The notes under the pieces: model-generated
What the model saw: the letters and a program-made list of their open reading frames with translations, nothing else
Told to the model about the DNA's origin: nothing
The model's database searches: none
Position numbers and translations under genes: made by a program
NCBI GenBank assembly: GCA_951406725.2
Contig: OX597826.1
Location: 71,052,001 to 71,116,000, forward strand
Direction: 5' to 3'
Source: Octopus vulgaris
Taxonomy: Eukaryota
Length of the DNA stretch: 64,000 bases
Shown: positions 14,386 to 28,009 of the stretch, one piece after another
Position numbering within the stretch: position 1 is the first letter of the stretch
Layout of the letters: each line of letters begins with the position of its first letter

Positions 14386-14773
14386 CACAATGCTTACACA
14401 TTTCAATAAATGTATTTAGTTGTGTGTGTGTGGCTATATGGTTGTCTATATATATATATATATATGTAGATACACACACATACACACACACACACATACA
14501 CACACACATATATATATATATATACTTTCTATTTTAAGAAGCAATACGAAAACATTGTATATATTAACTTCATTTCGTTTATTAATATGCTGCTGTAGTT
14601 TATGTCCACAACATCTATAATTAGACGTTGCAGCTATTGCCGGTCACTCCACGTGACCAAACGCATCTATTTATATGTGTGACCACTGATGACTGCCAGA
14701 CTCAGCTGCGGTCACTTTCACATTCAACATCTCATTGCAGGATATTTTGATCACAAACAAGGAAAACACACAT

Positions 14774-14819
<46 letters not shown>

Positions 14820-15059
14820 ACACATACACAACATACACATGCACAAACAGACACACACACACACACACACACGCACGCACGCACACACACACATATATAT
14901 ACATGAATTTAATAGATCAAAATGACGACAAATTGCTTCTTTGCATGGCAACGAATCATTATAGAAAAAAATAGCCCTCGCGATTAGCACCATTATAAAG
15001 ATTGTACTCATCGCCATCATCATCACCATCATCATCATAACCACCACCACCACCACAAA

Positions 15060-15091
<32 letters not shown>

Positions 15092-15138
15092 CCACCACCA
15101 CCACCACCATCACCACCACCATCATCATCATCACCACC

Positions 15139-15170
<32 letters not shown>

Positions 15171-15189
15171 AACCACCACCACAACCACC

Positions 15190-15223
<34 letters not shown>

Positions 15224-15748
15224 TCACCACCACCACCACCACCACCACCATCGTCGCCATCATGTCCGGGATCCCTTTTGTCATCATGTTGTTAAGTGGC
15301 GCATTAACATCTATTTTCTGCTATATACTTTTCTTACTGGAGTTAATCCTTTCATAAAACCGCGTAATCTTTGCAGCATGTGTGTCTGTGTGTGTGTACG
15401 GCTGGTGCAGAATAAATCGTACATGCCTCCACCCACGCTTACCCCCACCCAGCTCTAACAGTGTTCCACTGGTTTATCAGCGCTAATATTCCCAAAGGAA
15501 CTGGAAATACCTATTTTTACTCGTAAATCTGGATCGTATCTTTATATCCCACTGGATCATATGTGTGTGCATGTGTGAATGTATGTATGTATGTATGTAT
15601 GTATGTATGTATGTATGTATGTATGTATGTATGTATGTATGTGCGTGTATGCACACACATATACATATTTCCAATAATAATAATGTATATGACTTGAGAT
15701 GTTTGTATTGCGTTAACGTTTGTTGTTCTCTTTAACAGTTATAAATAT

Positions 15749-15817
<69 letters not shown>

Positions 15818-15820
<3 letters not shown>

Positions 15821-16026
15821 CCATGCTGATTCGCTAGCCTCTGCACGCATTTTTTTCTCCCTTGTTTCTTTCTGTGTTTCTTTTCTGTGTATCTTTCTGT
15901 TGAAGAGCGTAGGCTCGAAACGTAAAAGACTTGTTTTATTTATATTCCTGAGCGCCATACTAATACAATTGTTTGTTTGTATTCCACCTGCCTTCGTCTT
16001 TTGTTTATTTTCATAAAGCTTCCCGT

Positions 16027-16028
<2 letters not shown>
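15818..16028 (+). mobile_element. family H1 element with hammerhead motif at 15892-15929
   Basis: Near-identical to 1765-1975; flanked by (TA)n. Confidence 0.8.
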
Positions 16029-16079
<51 letters not shown>

Positions 16080-16161
16080 TATAACTATTAAAGAGGACAG
16101 CAAGCGTTAAGGCAATGCAAAAATCTCAAGTCATATACATTATTATTATTGGAAATTCAAA

Positions 16162-16217
16162 GTCTTACGGCTGTTTCTGGGATATCCCAGAGTATGGGAT
16201 ATTCCATCATCAGAGAC
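16162..16217 (-). ncRNA. type I hammerhead ribozyme motif, canonical core
   Basis: gtct-CTGATGA-tggaatatccca tactc tgggatatccca-GAAAC agcc GTA-agac. Confidence 0.85.
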
Positions 16218-16248
16218 AAATAGGGGAAATGAGAAGGGTATAAATTAA

Positions 16249-16393
16249 TTAAATGACGACATAGATGACATGAGTTAGAATACGAAGATGAGGAGAGAGG
16301 GAGAAAAAGAGGCATAAAAGAATGGATTACACTTAAGGACTTATGCACTTATTTCTACAACATCGGAAAGTTGAACTGTGAACTTTTATGCTT

Positions 16394-16470
<77 letters not shown>

Positions 16471-16511
16471 ATCTCCGTATTCTAACTCATGTCCTCTATG
16501 TCGTCATTTAA
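16249..16511. repeat. inverted repeat with (CT)n expansion in the right arm
   Basis: 16249-16320 pairs with 16383-16511 once the expanded CT run is removed. Confidence 0.8.
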
Positions 16512-16515
16512 GAGA

Positions 16516-16808
16516 GAGCGAAAACACCTAAAAGCTCCACGAGGCTCCGGCAGGGATGGTGGTGATCCCTGCTGTACTCTTTCACCACAACTTTCTCTCA
16601 CTCTTACTTCCTGTTTCTGTTGTACCTGTATTTCAAGGAGCCGGCCTCGTCACTCACTGTGTCACGCTGAATATCCCCGAGAACTACGTTAAGGGTGCAC
16701 GTGTATGTGGAGTGCTCAGCCACTTACACGTTAATTTCACGAGCAGGCTGTTCCGTTGATTCGGATCAACCGGAATCCTCATCGTCGTAACCGACGGAGT
16801 GCTTCCAA
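16516..16808 (+). mobile_element. SINE family C body with tail type 2
   Basis: gagcgaaaacacctaaaagctccacgaggctccggcaggg shared with 52547-52590. Confidence 0.8.
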
Positions 16809-17568
16809 TCCATTTCAGAAGAGAGAGAGAGAGAGTATATATGTGTGTATGTATATATATAGCAGAATTCTGCTGGCTCACCCACTTACTTATTTGGTTA
16901 TGTTGTTAAGTGTTTTGGTAATAATCTTGAAAAAGTCGATATTTAAAGCGAAAATAATTCATTTTAACATATTTCTTAAATTTAATCAGTAAACAGTGTA
17001 CAGGAAATATGAAATATGTTTCTAAATTGCATCTGACTTTCACTGTTGCTGTGATGTTGTTATTGGCTTCTAAAATTCAATGATGTAAACTTGTTTGAAT
17101 ATTTAAAAGAATTACGGGGAAAAAACCGATACATACATCAATAAATACATTTATACATACATATATTCAAAATATCTGGCACGTCAGAGACTACACCAAA
17201 TTTCTCATCTGGTGGAATATTGTAGATCAACAGGTTGCTTCATAAACATTGTAGATGTTGCGACAAACATTTTGTCATGTGATCTTTAAGCATTACTTTG
17301 TGTAGTTCTTGGAGATTATGGGTTGTTTTGTAGTTACTGCTGTGTACTGTCGGTCTGGCTTCTATCTATTGAAATTCGAGTTGCAATATGATTTTCTCTT
17401 CTGTTGACATTTTAATTCTTTTTTTTCTCTAACGTATCGTTTTGAGTGAAGCTATGGTATTTCTCTGCGAAGCAAGATGTACGTCTCTCGGCACCATTAG
17501 TGATTTAGAAATCGTTCTTATAAATAACTAAATGATTTCATAAAATACTCATATTTTATGAGTATTTT

Positions 17569-17993
17569 GCACAGGAGTGGCTGTGTGGTAAGTAGCTTGT
17601 TAACCAACCACATGGTTCCGGGTTCAGTCCCCTGAGTGGCATCTTGGGCAAGTGTCTTCTGCTATAGCCCCGGGCCGACCAATGCCTTGTGAGTGGATTT
17701 GGTAAACGGAAACTGAAAAGAAGCCTGTCGTATATATGTATATATATATAAGTGTGTGTATATGTTTGTGTGTCTGTGTTTGTTCCCCTAGCATTGCTTG
17801 ACAACCTATGCTGGTGTGTTTACGTCCCCGTCACTTAGCGGTTCGGCAAAAGTGACCGATAGAATAAGTACTGGGCTTACAAAGAATAAGTCCCGGGGTC
17901 GATTTGCTCGACTAAAGGCGGTGCTCCAGCATGGGCGCAGTCAAATGACTGAAACAAGTAAAAGAGTAAAAGAGTAAAAGAGTAAGAGAGTAT
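17569..17993 (+). mobile_element. SINE family A, full length
   Basis: Match to 4535-5030. Confidence 0.9.
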
Positions 17994-19663
17994 ATTATTT
18001 TTATATGTACTTCAGATAGTGAGAATAGTGTTGTATATAACACATGTTCTTTTTCAATCAACGTGGAAGCTTCTACACAGTCAATTAGCCTATTAGATAT
18101 AGTAACTGTATCTTCCTCAAGTCACAAGCATTGGTTAAACATAGTCTACACTACAAGACATGTGTTGTGCAGCAGCATCGAACTTGGAACTATGCCCACC
18201 TCTGTGATTTGAGTAAGATTTAGCTTTCATTTCTCGCAGGTCTATCGAGCATGTAGAGATTCCCATATCAGCTTCTAACTTACCACTGAACGACAAGTCA
18301 AAATAAATTATGTTTATTCTCCTAGTTTGGGATAGGAATTTATATTCTGCAAATCTCAAAGAAACTTTTACCGGCAAATAATTGCTGACATTCTCCTACT
18401 TCTTTCCACTCATAGACAACTTTAAGCGATTTGAAGATTTATTGAGATGTGTTAGCTGCCTATCTGGTTTACAATAGGATTTAATATCTCTTGGTAGACA
18501 ACTACGAAATGACGTCTAAGAAAACTATTGTATAGAAAGGGGTACTTGTAGAAACGTTAAAGTAGAAGTGTTTGAACGAGCGAATTACATACATTCTTAT
18601 TTAACTTATCAAACTTGTAACCGTTCGTAGAATATAAAAGGGTGAGTTTGACATCTAAATACATGTTTATCTTTTCAATACCGAATTTAATCATCGCCGT
18701 GTTCAGGATACGTAAACTTACCGATTTATTCAGCATTACACTACACTAGAAATACAGATTTTAAAACTTTAAACTAGCCATACAACACACATTAGTATAA
18801 TTGTTTGTTACAAAGATACAGGGCCGGAAATTTTGTAGAGAAAGATGGGGGTTTATTCGATTACATTGGTCCCAATAATTGACTAAAACTTTATTATAAG
18901 GACCCTGGAAGGTAGAAAGCATATATACATATATATGTATGTATATGTGTGTGTTTACATATATGTACGTGTGTATATATATATATGAAGTATAAGGAAA
19001 GCAAGCAGTTATAGGTGTAGACGATCTTTAATTCATAAATTCATAATCCATTTTGGTACAGAGCCAATATAAATTCTACAAATTGTTTTGGAGTCTAATT
19101 AACTTCAAAAACAAAAACGAAAAACTCTTCTTGAAATAAAAATTAGATTCTTCGTCAAGAATTACATATTGGTATAAATAATTACGACCAACAAAAATAT
19201 ACAAAGACCTTTCATAGCCCAGATGGGAACGAACAAATGATAATAGAATGAAAGTTAACTAGAACGCCAGATGATAATATAAAATCAGAAAAATATTTAT
19301 AGAGAAAACCATTCCAGCGTTTTATTAACATTACAATTTACGACACGGAGATACTTAGTAATGACAGATAAATTTAATGAAATAAAAATTAACTGCAAAA
19401 ATAATAGGGTTATCTAATTTAAATTAAGAAATCAAAAATTATTAACTGCAAACCGATATGTAAAATGTAACAAATGTCATAAGTCAAAGTTAATAACATG
19501 GTAATATCAAACAAAAAGAAAAAGAAAAAGCAATTCTTTCGTTTACAAAATAGCTATCTACAAAGAAAGCAGAAGAATTTGCACCGTTAAATTGTTGATT
19601 GTTACATTTAGTTCATTTCTGTATGGCATTGGGATATTGCAAAAGGATCGCAATACACCAGAG

Positions 19664-20195
19664 CTTCCTGGAAACTTCTGAGGCGGCGAGGAATTACTTC
19701 ATGCAAACTTCTGAGAAGGGGTAGAAATGACTTCCTGGAATGTTCCGAAGAGGGAGGAGTTACTACCTAGAAAAATACGAGGATGGGACATCCAAGAAAG
19801 TTCCGAGGACATCCTGGAAAGTTCCTAGGACGGGGCTTCCTGGTAAATTCCGATGACTTCAAGGAAAGTTCCGAGAATAAGAGACTACCAGGAAAATTCC
19901 AAGGATGAGGGGTTTCCTGGAGAATTCTGAAGACGCAACGTCCTGGAAAATCCAGAGAACTTCCTGAAAAGTTCCAAGGATGAGACTTCATGGAAAATTC
20001 CAAGGATTTCCTGGAAAGCACCGAGGGTGAAACTCCCTGGGAAATTTCAAGTACTATTTGTGACTTCCTGGAAAATTCCGATGATATCCTGGAAATTTCA
20101 GAGGATTTTCTAGAAAGTTCCGATGATTGGATTTCCTGGATAATTCCGAGGGTTTCTTGGAAAGTTCCAAGGGTGGGACTTCCTGGAAAATTCTT
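19664..20195. repeat. degenerate minisatellite, about 21 copies of TTCCTGGAAA(A/G)TTCC(G/A)AG with variable spacers
   Basis: Direct reading. Confidence 0.85.
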
Positions 20196-20204
20196 TATTC
20201 AGTG

Positions 20205-21575
20205 CCCTTGAACTAAATCTCTTCCTGGTTCCTTCCAATTCGGCATTTTCCTCACACTTTACTCATTAATGCAATAGTTTATCTTAGATCTTGCTGCTTC
20301 TCACTCAGTATTACTCCCCACACTTACTGCATTTCCATTATGACTGACTGGTTTATCCCAAATATTACTCCAGAACTTTCTAGTTTCTTCTGCATTAAAT
20401 TTCTCAGCTTCAGTACTTCGTTCTCCATTATTTATTTAGTTATAAATCTCCTCTGGTCTGTCTCAAATAATCTGTTCAGTTGATACTGATCTATTCTTTT
20501 GTGATATCTGGAGAGCTTGTCTGCTACTGCTATGATACGCTGTTTCAACTCTTCTATTATTGTCACAAATCCTTTCTCTTAGACTAAATATCTTTCCTTG
20601 AGGCAAGTGTTGCATTTCCTAACTTGTTTGTTTTCTAGGCTTCTATTTGTCTCAGACCTTGTCTTAAAATCTTCACTTATTTTTTAGTTACATTTTCCAC
20701 ATTTGCTTTTTTTCAATCTTTCACTTTGAAATATCTAATCTTCTGGTGACTACTACCCCTCCAGCATAGAACAATAAGTTAGTGTCTTGTATATTTTTAG
20801 TATCTATCCTACTGATAATGAAATCTACTTTCCTAGTGATTTCTAGCAGCTTCATTCTGTTGGTGCCTTTTAATGCTGGCAATCTTTTTCTTACTTCTTT
20901 ACTCATTACTCCCTGCAACTCATCTAAAATCTTCTAATCTTCCTCACTTAAATCACTTAAGTCGTTGGTGTTAGTTGTCCCGTCCTTAGTTGTAGCACTA
21001 TTATTATTTTTCCTTTAGATTGTTCTTTGGTTTAATATACATCTCCTATATTATTGTTTGTCTTTCCTACTGCCTGGTCTTCCTTTTCCAGTTCTCTTGT
21101 TATCTCTTCTACCTCTAATTCTGTCATCCACTTTCTTCTCCTAATGGCATTAGCTTGATCTACTAATCTCTGCTCAGTCACTGCAAACATACCCTTCTCT
21201 ACCCAAAGTGTTAACATCCGTTTTCTATAGCCCCTTTTTTAAAGTCCACTTTCTAAGTAGCACTGCATCACTAACCTGTTTTCTTCACTGGTCCACTTCC
21301 TCCTCCTTGCTCTATTATCTGCTGGTGCTGTATTAGGATAACATATGTGGTCAGTCTGCATCGTTACTGAGCTGCTGCCAAGCGAGAGGTCTTCCCTTAA
21401 AGATCCAACTTCATTTTCGCTATTACAACTTGAGTTTCTTCGGAAATTCCCATCTCTCATAAACTGAGGTAAGTTAATGTTCGTCACCATCGTCATCAAC
21501 ACTATTACGTTTCGACATCTAAGTTTCAAACAACTTTTTATTGCATCATTTGTTGCACCTTTGTGCTGCATTTAT
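20205..21575 (-). mobile_element. R4/Dong-like non-LTR retrotransposon, 5' coding remnant
   Basis: RRRKWTSEENRLVMQCY...GYRKRMLTLWVEKGMFAVTEQRLVDQANAIRRRKW resembles the R4-clade N-terminal domain; stops and frameshifts present. Confidence 0.75.
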
Positions 21576-21577
21576 TT

Positions 21578-21838
21578 TTATTATTATTTTATGAAAACTC
21601 ACAGCTTATCTTGCTGGGTATGATGGAAAGTGTCAGCTGTCCACAGCTAGCAGACTAAGGTGATACTTGTTTACTGGTCATGCTTCAAGAACCCTGTGAA
21701 GAATTCTTGCAGTTCCAAGCAATCCTGATTTTTGTAATTGTTCTACCTTCACACTTGCCCCGATCTTTTTCGACCATGTTGGTACGTCTACTCTCTTCAT
21801 TGACCTCAGCCTTCGTATTTCCCACTTTAAATCATCAT
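21578..21838 (-). mobile_element. R4/Dong-like 3' end
   Basis: EQLQKSGLLGTARILHRVL*, short UTR, (TAA)n-like end. Confidence 0.8.
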
Positions 21839-21901
21839 TAATATTACTATTGTTGCTGTTGTTGTTGTTATTGTTATTATCATTATTATTATTATTATTA
21901 C

Positions 21902-21946
<45 letters not shown>

Positions 21947-21961
21947 TATTATTACTATTAT

Positions 21962-22204
21962 TTTATTGTCTTTGCACAGCTTCTAACGCTGGAGATGTAC
22001 TAGGGTGTCAGCTGTTCCCTACCAGTAAACTAAGGTAACACCCCTTATTTTTCGAGCACCATCCGGAGTATTCGAGCAGTTCCAAGTAGTGCTGTTTTCT
22101 GCAAGTGTTCCATCCTTATTGCAGCCCCTATTTGTTCCATGTACTTCTCAAGATTTTTGCTCACTGTTCCCAGGGCTCTGACAGTTATTGCTACTACTAC
22201 CACC
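21962..22204 (-). mobile_element. second R4/Dong-like 3' end inside (TAA)n
   Basis: ALGTVSKNLEKYMEQIG...LQKTALLGTARILRMVL*. Confidence 0.85.
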
Positions 22205-22205
22205 C

Positions 22206-22269
<64 letters not shown>

Positions 22270-23003
22270 TATTATCATTATTATTACTATTATCGTTGTT
22301 GTTGTTATTATTATTATTATTATTATCATCATTATTAATATTATTATTTGAGTGAGCGGTGCATGCCATCAAAGTGACACTGGGGTAAAATATACGATGC
22401 CCACTATACCCATCATGACTACTACCCGTGTGGTGATAGTACACCAGGCACATGTATCACAACCATATGTGAGCGACATAGTGATCTCATATCAAGATAA
22501 ACAGCACATGATCTTGCAGGTTGGGCCCAGTTAGAATTTTCTTCGGGTCGAGTAGTCCATCCTGCTCAAAAGGTCCCTGAATAAGGGTTGTTTTAAGGAT
22601 GAAAACAACACCCTTGTTTCAAAAGGGGAATCATTCAAACTCTAAAGAATTCCTCTCAACACATGGCTTTGATACTCCCCTACTACTTCTGCTTGTGATC
22701 AAAGATGCACATATCGTCAGCCACTAAGGGACATGCTCAACTGGTTATGGTCAAACAACTGACAAGCAAATCTGTGGTATTGAGCAGAATATTTGCTGTA
22801 GACCATCTTTTATACCAAGACAAAGCAACGTACATGATAACATTTCCAATCAGTTAAGACCAGAAGTCATGAGAGCCACTGCCTGGTACTGCATCAGGGC
22901 ATTTATGATTATTTTTATTATCATTATTATTATTTGCTTTTAATCTGCATGTCTGTTACAATCATTTGCCGCGACGCACCTAGCGTCCTATTATTACTAT
23001 TAC

Positions 23004-23043
<40 letters not shown>

Positions 23044-23794
23044 GCAGAATCGCTATTCAGTAACAACACTTTATGTTTCGCAAAAGATTAAATTAATGAG
23101 ACACTCTGTAGATGTCGGTAATTCTTAATCAAATCTACAACAATTCTCTTCTTCAAACTAGTGTATTTCGTTGTTTTTCTTGTTGGTTTTTTTTTTTTGG
23201 GGGGGGGGGGTTCGTAAATTTGTCTGTCGCTATGAACACTAGTTTTATCAGGTTATTGTAATGAAGTGCTTCTTTCTCTGATCATCAGTGCTTCAGTCTT
23301 TAACCTTTTAAGTACGGAAGTCATAGATAAGCGATTTCATGACAGAAATCGTCAATAAGCAGCTCTGACTTTTAATACCATTTTTTAAAAGTATAAAAAT
23401 AAAACTTCAATGTTTAAATATTGATTTTCTACATTTTTCTGCGATCAGAATAACATGCTCTCAAAGATTAAACACCGACCCTAAGGGATTCCTATACAAT
23501 ATCGCCTTCAAACAGACAATTATTTCTCGTTCGACGCATTTTATTAAACAACCTCTACATTTTAACAGCTTCTACATACATCATCGGTTTTCTCTGAATA
23601 CAGATACAATATATCTGAATTATTAAATATACCAGTGGGAGTATTTCTCTATTAAACTCTGTCCAAATCCACATTATCATTTCTCCTTGTTTATCGATTC
23701 AATTCTCTCAAGAAAAGAAAACTGTTCAAATAGAGTTCAGATTCCACAACAATGGAGCCTCGCTTTTATTCCTATTATTAACTAGACTTTTATT

Positions 23795-24270
23795 AAAAGC
23801 AGTGAGTTGGCAGAATTGATTTAAATTGTCACGTAAAATGCGATGCGATATTTCTCCTGGCCTTTTATATGATTTGAGTTCGAATCACACCGCTATCGAC
23901 TCTTGAGCTGATAGAATCTTTAGCACGCCAGGCAAAATGCTTAGCGGTATTTCGCCGGTGCTGCGTTCTAAGTTCAAATTCTGCCGAGGTCAAATTTACC
24001 TTTCATCCTTTCGAGGTCGATAAATAAAGTACCAATGAAACACTGGAGTCGATGTAATCGACTATCCCCTCCCCCAAATTTCAGGTCTTGTGCCTTTAGT
24101 AGAAACGATCGTTAGCACGCCGCAGCTCTCTACGTTCCAGCTCTCTACGTTCCAAGTTCAAATCCCACCAAGGGTTGATTTTGCCTTTCATCCTTTCGGA
24201 GTCGAAGTCCAGGGATCAATGTAATCGACTAGGTCCCTACCTCAAAATTTCAGGCCTTGTGCCTATGATA
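23795..24270 (+). mobile_element. cluster of SINE family B copies and fragments
   Basis: Repeated gttcaaat / tttcatcctttcg / gatgtaatcgact motifs. Confidence 0.75.
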
Positions 24271-24836
24271 GTGGGTTGTCCGGAAAATTCGTGCCGATTT
24301 TTAAAGGAAAGAAAAAGGTCAATAAATACTTGCCATTACATTTTTAATCAACCAAATATGAACCATTTTCTTGCACAATGCGTCTCCATCTTTCCTTTAA
24401 CTTGAAAATACTCTCATCCCAGAATTGAGGTGGTTTCATGGCAAAGAATTCATCAAGGTATCTTTTTAGGTCATCCAAGCAATTGAAATTTTTACCATTA
24501 AGACTATTCTGCAGAGACCTGAATAAGTGGAAATCCGAAGGAGCAATATCTGGTGAATATTGGAGGTTGGGTAACATATCCCAGCCGAGCTGCAGCAATT
24601 TTTGTCTGGTTCCCAAAGCATCAATTGCCGAAAATGAACTTTCTTATCTTCCATTTTAAAGGGTTACAGAATTAACACAGGTTATAGGAACATAAACCTT
24701 CTTCCACGAAAAGATAGCTTAAACTGTGCTGTAAATTGAGGTGTAGTCAAATCCTATTTTATGGACTCAACCATGTTCTAAAATAAGTCGAAAGTTAAGC
24801 TACTACAAATCGGCACGAACTTTCCGGACAACCCAA
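24271..24836 (-). mobile_element. internally deleted mariner (mellifera-like), 30-bp TIRs, TA target duplication
   Basis: TA|gtgggttgtccggaaaattcgtgccgattt ... aaatcggcacgaactttccggacaacccaa|TA; N-terminal MEDKKVHFRQLMLWE joined to C-terminal YSPDIAPSDFHLFRSLQN. Confidence 0.92.
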
Positions 24837-24859
24837 TAGAAATGATTATTATTATCATA

Positions 24860-25370
24860 AAGGCTGCGCGCTGGCAGAATCGTTAACATGTCGGAAAAAA
24901 TTGCTTAGCGGCATTTCGTCCATCTTTACATTCTGAATTCAATTTTCTCCCATATCGATTCTGCCTTTCATCCCCTCGGGGGGTCAATGAAATAAGTACC
25001 AGTTGTGCACTGGGGGTCGATGTAATCGACTATCTCCCGCGCGTAAAAATTTCAGGCCGTTGGCTTGAAAATTTTTGGAATCATCATAATAGTTGTCATC
25101 ATCAACCCCTCGGGGGTCAATGAAATAAGTACCAGTTGTGCACTGGGGTCGATGTAATCGACTATCTCCCGCGCGTAAAAATTTCAGGCCGTTGGCTTGA
25201 AAATTTTTGGAATCATCATAATAGTTGTCATCATCATCCCCTCGGGGGTCAATGAAATAAGTACCAGTTGTGCACTGGGGTCGATGTAATCGACTATCTC
25301 CCGCCCGTAAAAATTTCTGGCCTCTGGCTTGAAAATTTTGGGAGACATCATAAACGTTGTCGTCATCATC
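24860..25370 (+). repeat. SINE B copy whose 3' part plus flank is tandemly triplicated (~132-bp unit)
   Basis: Units start near 24972, 25107 and 25238. Confidence 0.9.
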
Positions 25371-25775
25371 ATTTACATTCGAAAGAAGGATAGCGGTGTC
25401 GACATGAGCAATGACACTTATGCATTGAGGAAAAATAATTTATCAACAGAACAAATATAAATTTGTAAAGACATTTATTCCAGTACACTATTTTCCATGA
25501 CTATCAACAACAGACTGTAACAGAAGCAATAAAAAAAGAAAGTGTTAGTAATTAAGATTTCATGAAATGAGTTTCTCTTTTCTTATCATGCATCTTTTTG
25601 CTTTTCTTTTTGATGTGTTTGTTTTTATTAGGAAATGTTAATCGGAATTAATTGCTCTTTGGTGAATGACAATCTGTGTACTAATTTATCAAAAGTTTTA
25701 AGAGACACACAAACAAATGTATTTAGCGAACTTTCTAATGAGTGTATGTGTGTGTGTCTGCGCGAGTGTGTCTGC

Positions 25776-25844
<69 letters not shown>

Positions 25845-25964
25845 TATGCACACATATGTATATATATGCATGCATATACATACAAACATATATATACATA
25901 TATATACACAAACATACATATACATACATATATATATATATGTATGTGTGTGTGTGTGTATATG

Positions 25965-25996
<32 letters not shown>

Positions 25997-26383
25997 TATA
26001 TACACACACACGCACACACGCACACACATATATATGTATGTATATACACATGATTGTGGAGTATCGTGGGTAGTGCACTTCTATCTATGTATGAATGTGG
26101 ATTAAATTTGTGTACATGTGTGCATGTAAAATGAGAGATGGCAAGAATGCGTGTGAGAAAGAGACGGAAAAGAATGTGTGTGTGTGTGTGTGTGTGTACG
26201 TGTGTGTGTGTGTGTGCGTGGTACGTTTCAGCGAGATTTAATCAAAATTGACAGATAATGTAGTATCTTGCTGCTAGCAGATCGGATTTCGGCTCATAAC
26301 GTAGCGATGGACATTTGTTTCGCATCCTTGGGGTAAATCGAGTTTTTCTCTACTCACCCCAAGTATTTTTATTGTTATTATAC

Positions 26384-26454
<71 letters not shown>

Positions 26455-26497
26455 AGTCGTTGCCATCATCATCATCATCATCATCATATTCTATATA

Positions 26498-26689
26498 CGA
26501 GGGTGTGATGGAAATTTTATGGTTTTAAGGGCATCATGAAAGGCTTTGTTGGAGACCCAAACTTCCGAGTACTTTTACAATACTTTCAAAAACTTAAGGG
26601 TCGCTGCAATAGGTATGTGAAAATCATCGTTAACTGATCCTCCTGTATTTTCTTTTACCCAAAGCCAGGAACTTTTCAGCACCCACTCG
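26498..26689 (+). mobile_element. mariner-derived MITE
   Basis: Imperfect TIRs cgagggtgtgatggaaatttt / aacttttcagcacccactcg; second copy at 50257-50891. Confidence 0.7.
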
Positions 26690-26700
26690 TGTGTGTGTGT

Positions 26701-26763
<63 letters not shown>

Positions 26764-26801
26764 TTATGTATGTATGTATTTATATGTGTAGATAGACAGA
26801 C

Positions 26802-26948
<147 letters not shown>

Positions 26949-27288
26949 AAACTAGCGGCTCGGCAAAAGGAGACTGATAGAATAAGTAACAGGTTTTTGA
27001 AAACAATTACTGGGGTCGATTCTTCCGACTAGATATTCTTCAAAGAGGTAGCCTAGCATGGCCGCAGTCAATAGACTGAAGAGTAAATGATAAAGGATTT
27101 TTCTTTTACACGCACACAGATACACACAGATGCACACAGACACACACGCACGCACGCACACACACACACACACATATGCCCAGAGTCTAGGGAACGAAGT
27201 TGCAGAAGTAGGACGAATGGCTACTGTGAAATTCAGCTAGTAATATCATTATTACAAAGTGAAGTAAAAATGAATATTCTTATTCTTC

Positions 27289-27715
27289 TTAATCCTTTTT
27301 GCCCCTTGTGGGGCATAGGGCTTCAACAGTTGTTTTCCACTTTTTGCAGTCATTGGTGTGTTTCTTGGCTACTTCCCATGTCAGGCCGGTGGTTCTGGGC
27401 TCGTCCAAAATGTTCCGCTTCCATGTCTGCTTCGGGCGTCCTCGCTTCTTTTTCCCCTGCGGGTTCCAGTCAAGTGCTTGTCGTGTCACATTTGAGGGTT
27501 CTTTCCGATCCATTTCTATTTCCTTCGTCTAATCTGAACATGTATGGGCTCCTGGTTGGCCCTCTCCCACAGGTCGGTGTTTGGCACTCTGTCGAACCAC
27601 TTCAGATGGAGGATCAAGCGGAGATATTTGTTGATGAAGGTCTGAATCTTCTTGTAGTTGCTGCAGGTGGATCTCCATGTTTCAGAGCCATGCAAAAACA
27701 TTCCTATTTTTGTGA
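27289..27715 (-). mobile_element. RTE-clade LINE 3' fragment
   Basis: LHGSETW...IQTFINKYLRLIL...IRRRK / RQALDWNPQGKKKRGRPKQTWKR...WKTTVEALC. Confidence 0.9.
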
Positions 27716-28009
27716 TACTGATAATACCATAGTATAATTTTACGTGTCGCAAGCGTATTGTCACAGCTCAAATTACTGGTCTATATTAAACACGCGCGCA
27801 AACATGCGTACGTATGTATTTTGTATTTTATGAATTACACTAAAACATCGCCGTACCAGTAACCAATTGTTAGAACTCAATATTCATATGTTTCACAGTA
27901 TTCCGGTCTGAGAGTGGAGAAGTCTGAATTGTCCATGTCTTATCAACTCCAAATTCTTATCTGAAACAACAGGTAGATAGAAAACGTAATATTGGTTTCA
28001 AATTTTGGC

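Noticed and set aside
18135-18520. Possible further exons of the minus-strand gene
   Set aside because: Weak acceptors and stops in compatible frames
19664-20195. CRISPR-like repeat-spacer appearance
   Set aside because: Repeats are degenerate, spacers are very short, there are no cas genes and the context is eukaryotic
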